Shown here one piece after another: positions 62,281 to 64,000 of a stretch of DNA of 64,000 nt. The translations under genes and the position numbers were made by a program. The DNA is taken from positions 50,840,001 through 50,904,000 of the forward strand of contig OZ360228.1 of the NCBI GenBank assembly GCA_977017645.1, written 5' to 3'. The stretch is from Torpedo marmorata. Taxonomy: Eukaryota. Numbering within the stretch: position 1 is the first letter of the stretch; each line of letters starts with the position of its first letter. The notes under the pieces were generated by a model that made no database searches, was not told the origin of the DNA, and worked only from the letters and a program-made list of their open reading frames with translations.

Positions 62281-63466
62281 AGAAGAGGAGAACATTAAAG
62301 AAATGTAAAAAAAAAATTAAAACAGAAAGTGCTGGAAGTTAGACCTCATCTGTGGGTAGAGAAACAAAGAGTCAAAGTTTCAGATTGAAGACCCTTCGTG
62401 AGAACTGGGAGTGGGACAAAAGAAGCTCATTCATCTGCAAGGAGGATGGGGGTGGTCTGAATAGGTGACCCCCTCAGTTTGAAAGTGCGACTCCTGATTC
62501 TGGACATCCAACCAGAGAAGACATCGAGTCCCAATCTATTGCATTAAGCCTCCTTAGAATTTGTTAGTGGGACTTTGTAGAGAGCATTGATCCATGCATC
62601 AGGAGCCCAGTGTGAATGTCCCAAACTAGCCATCCACCTGTTCTGTTGAGCACCTCGTGTCCCAACTATGGCAGAGTCTGTGGGTCTCGTGTTGGCCTCA
62701 TCAGCCATCTCAGAATCCACAGAACTGGAGTGAAAGCTAATTGCCGTTATTTTTGAGAGGATTTTTTGTAGCTCAGGTGTCTGCATCCCAAACCTTCTCA
62801 GAGGCAAGGATTCTATCCTCAGCCCCATGGAACCTGATTTAGTTTGCTCGATGCTGCTTGGGAAATGCAAGAAAAAAAGAGAGGCAGAAGGTAAAGCTGA
62901 AAAAGTTAGGTGCCTTTTACCCCAAACTCATGGTCAAGCATACCTTCAGCCAATTGCAGCCACTCTCTTCCCCAACACTCCAGACCTCCCAACAGCATCT
63001 CTCACAATCTCCCTCACCTGATCTTTGCACCCTGCCCCAAGCTAGGCTGCCCGCCCGTCAATTCCGTTCTTGGCCTTCCCTTCTTTCAATTGATTCTCCC
63101 TTCCTCTCTGGTTCCTCCACAGTAAGTCCAGGTTTCTGGCCATTTTCTGAAAGATTCTCTATTCCCACCTTCCACCTCAATGAATCTCCAGCAATATCTC
63201 TCCTGCTTACTTGTTTCCCACTAGTCCCTTTTATAGTGCAAAGAAAGTGACTGTAAAGACAGAACATTTCTGTCTTTAAGTCGCCTCACTTACCTTCATA
63301 AAAAGTCCGATGGTGGATTGCCAAGGCATACTCCGAAACGCCTAGGAGGTAGACACAGAGGTGGAGAGAATCACTCCACCTCCTCCATAAAACGAATGCC
63401 GTTGGAAGCGGCTGCAAAGGGGAGGGTTGATGACATCGCGATGACGTCATCGAGTTGATCTATATG

Positions 63467-63593
63467 GCAATGGCCTTCTTCGTTACCTATAATCCCCCAC
63501 GCAGCTGGAACTGCTCTACGTTTCCCTGGCGCTGGCACTGACAGAGCGGTTCCAGCTGCGTGGGGGATTATGGGTAACGAAGACGGCCATTGC
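63467..63593. repeat. Inverted repeat: 51-bp arms, 25-nt loop, inside a CpG-rich insert (~63305-63745)
   Basis: 63467-63517 is the reverse complement of 63543-63593 with 3 mismatches. Confidence 0.95.
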
Positions 63594-64000
63594 TCGGCGC
63601 GTATGTTTGACTTCACGGCAACGGGCGGCGCTACTGCACCACTCGCCCCGCCTCCCTCAGATCGGGAAGCCGGCTCCCGACGCAACTCAGCATAAAGACA
63701 ACGCTGGAAACGTCATATAGGTCGTCACTATAAAAAGTAAGTTCACCTTTTTATTTTTTTTATTGAGCCTACTTTATTGCGGGGTTGCACCATAAAAAGG
63801 GCTAATGTCAGGTACAATATTTGTCCTTCACAGCCTGATTGTGTCTTTCTTCACCTCCCAGCAAATAACACCCTCTGCCTGCCATCTATCCTGCATCTCC
63901 CCCCCCCACCCCTCCAAATTGCTAGGTATGCCCTTAAGTGTTCCTGACCATGGGTTTCCTGTGGCTGCATTTTATGCCCAGCAATTGATTGGCCTGTCTA

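Noticed and set aside
63229-63737. TTTTATAGTG / CACTATAAAA as TIRs of the hairpin insert
   Set aside because: Only 10 bp, AT-rich, no matching TSD, and the left copy lies outside the CpG-rich segment.

Overview
Vertebrate genomic DNA, most likely from a cartilaginous fish and probably a batoid, inferred from HE1/V-SINE-like, Deu-SINE-like and Penelope-type repeats. The window holds the upstream region, promoter and first eight coding exons of the TALE-homeobox gene MEIS2 on the + strand. The exons are 7777-7788, 8075-8304, 8914-9055, 9377-9427, 10078-10128, 10970-11119, 21054-21171 and 51946-52091. They join into 900 nt / 300 codons, every intron is GT-AG, and the gene continues past the window. 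The first ~12.3 kb retains CpG, and the first ~22.7 kb is almost free of recognisable transposons. Introns 7 and 8 carry many mobile elements: a near-intact pogo (DD35D, Passer-like) transposon with one frameshift, two internally deleted Ty3/Gypsy LTR elements, a Harbinger transposase relic, a Tigger-type MITE, a ~0.86 kb non-autonomous retroelement present as an inverted pair, palindromic Penelope-type elements with decayed hammerhead motifs, and SINE/LINE fragments. There is a 716-nt assembly gap. I found no convincing wholly new multi-gene system. The best leads are a 16-codon uORF next to a perfect PBX-MEIS site in the 5' leader, a TSD-flanked palindromic retroelement, a 51-bp-arm hairpin in intron 8 and a Gag-integrase in-frame fusion. 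Repeat-family names come from recognition, not from database searches.
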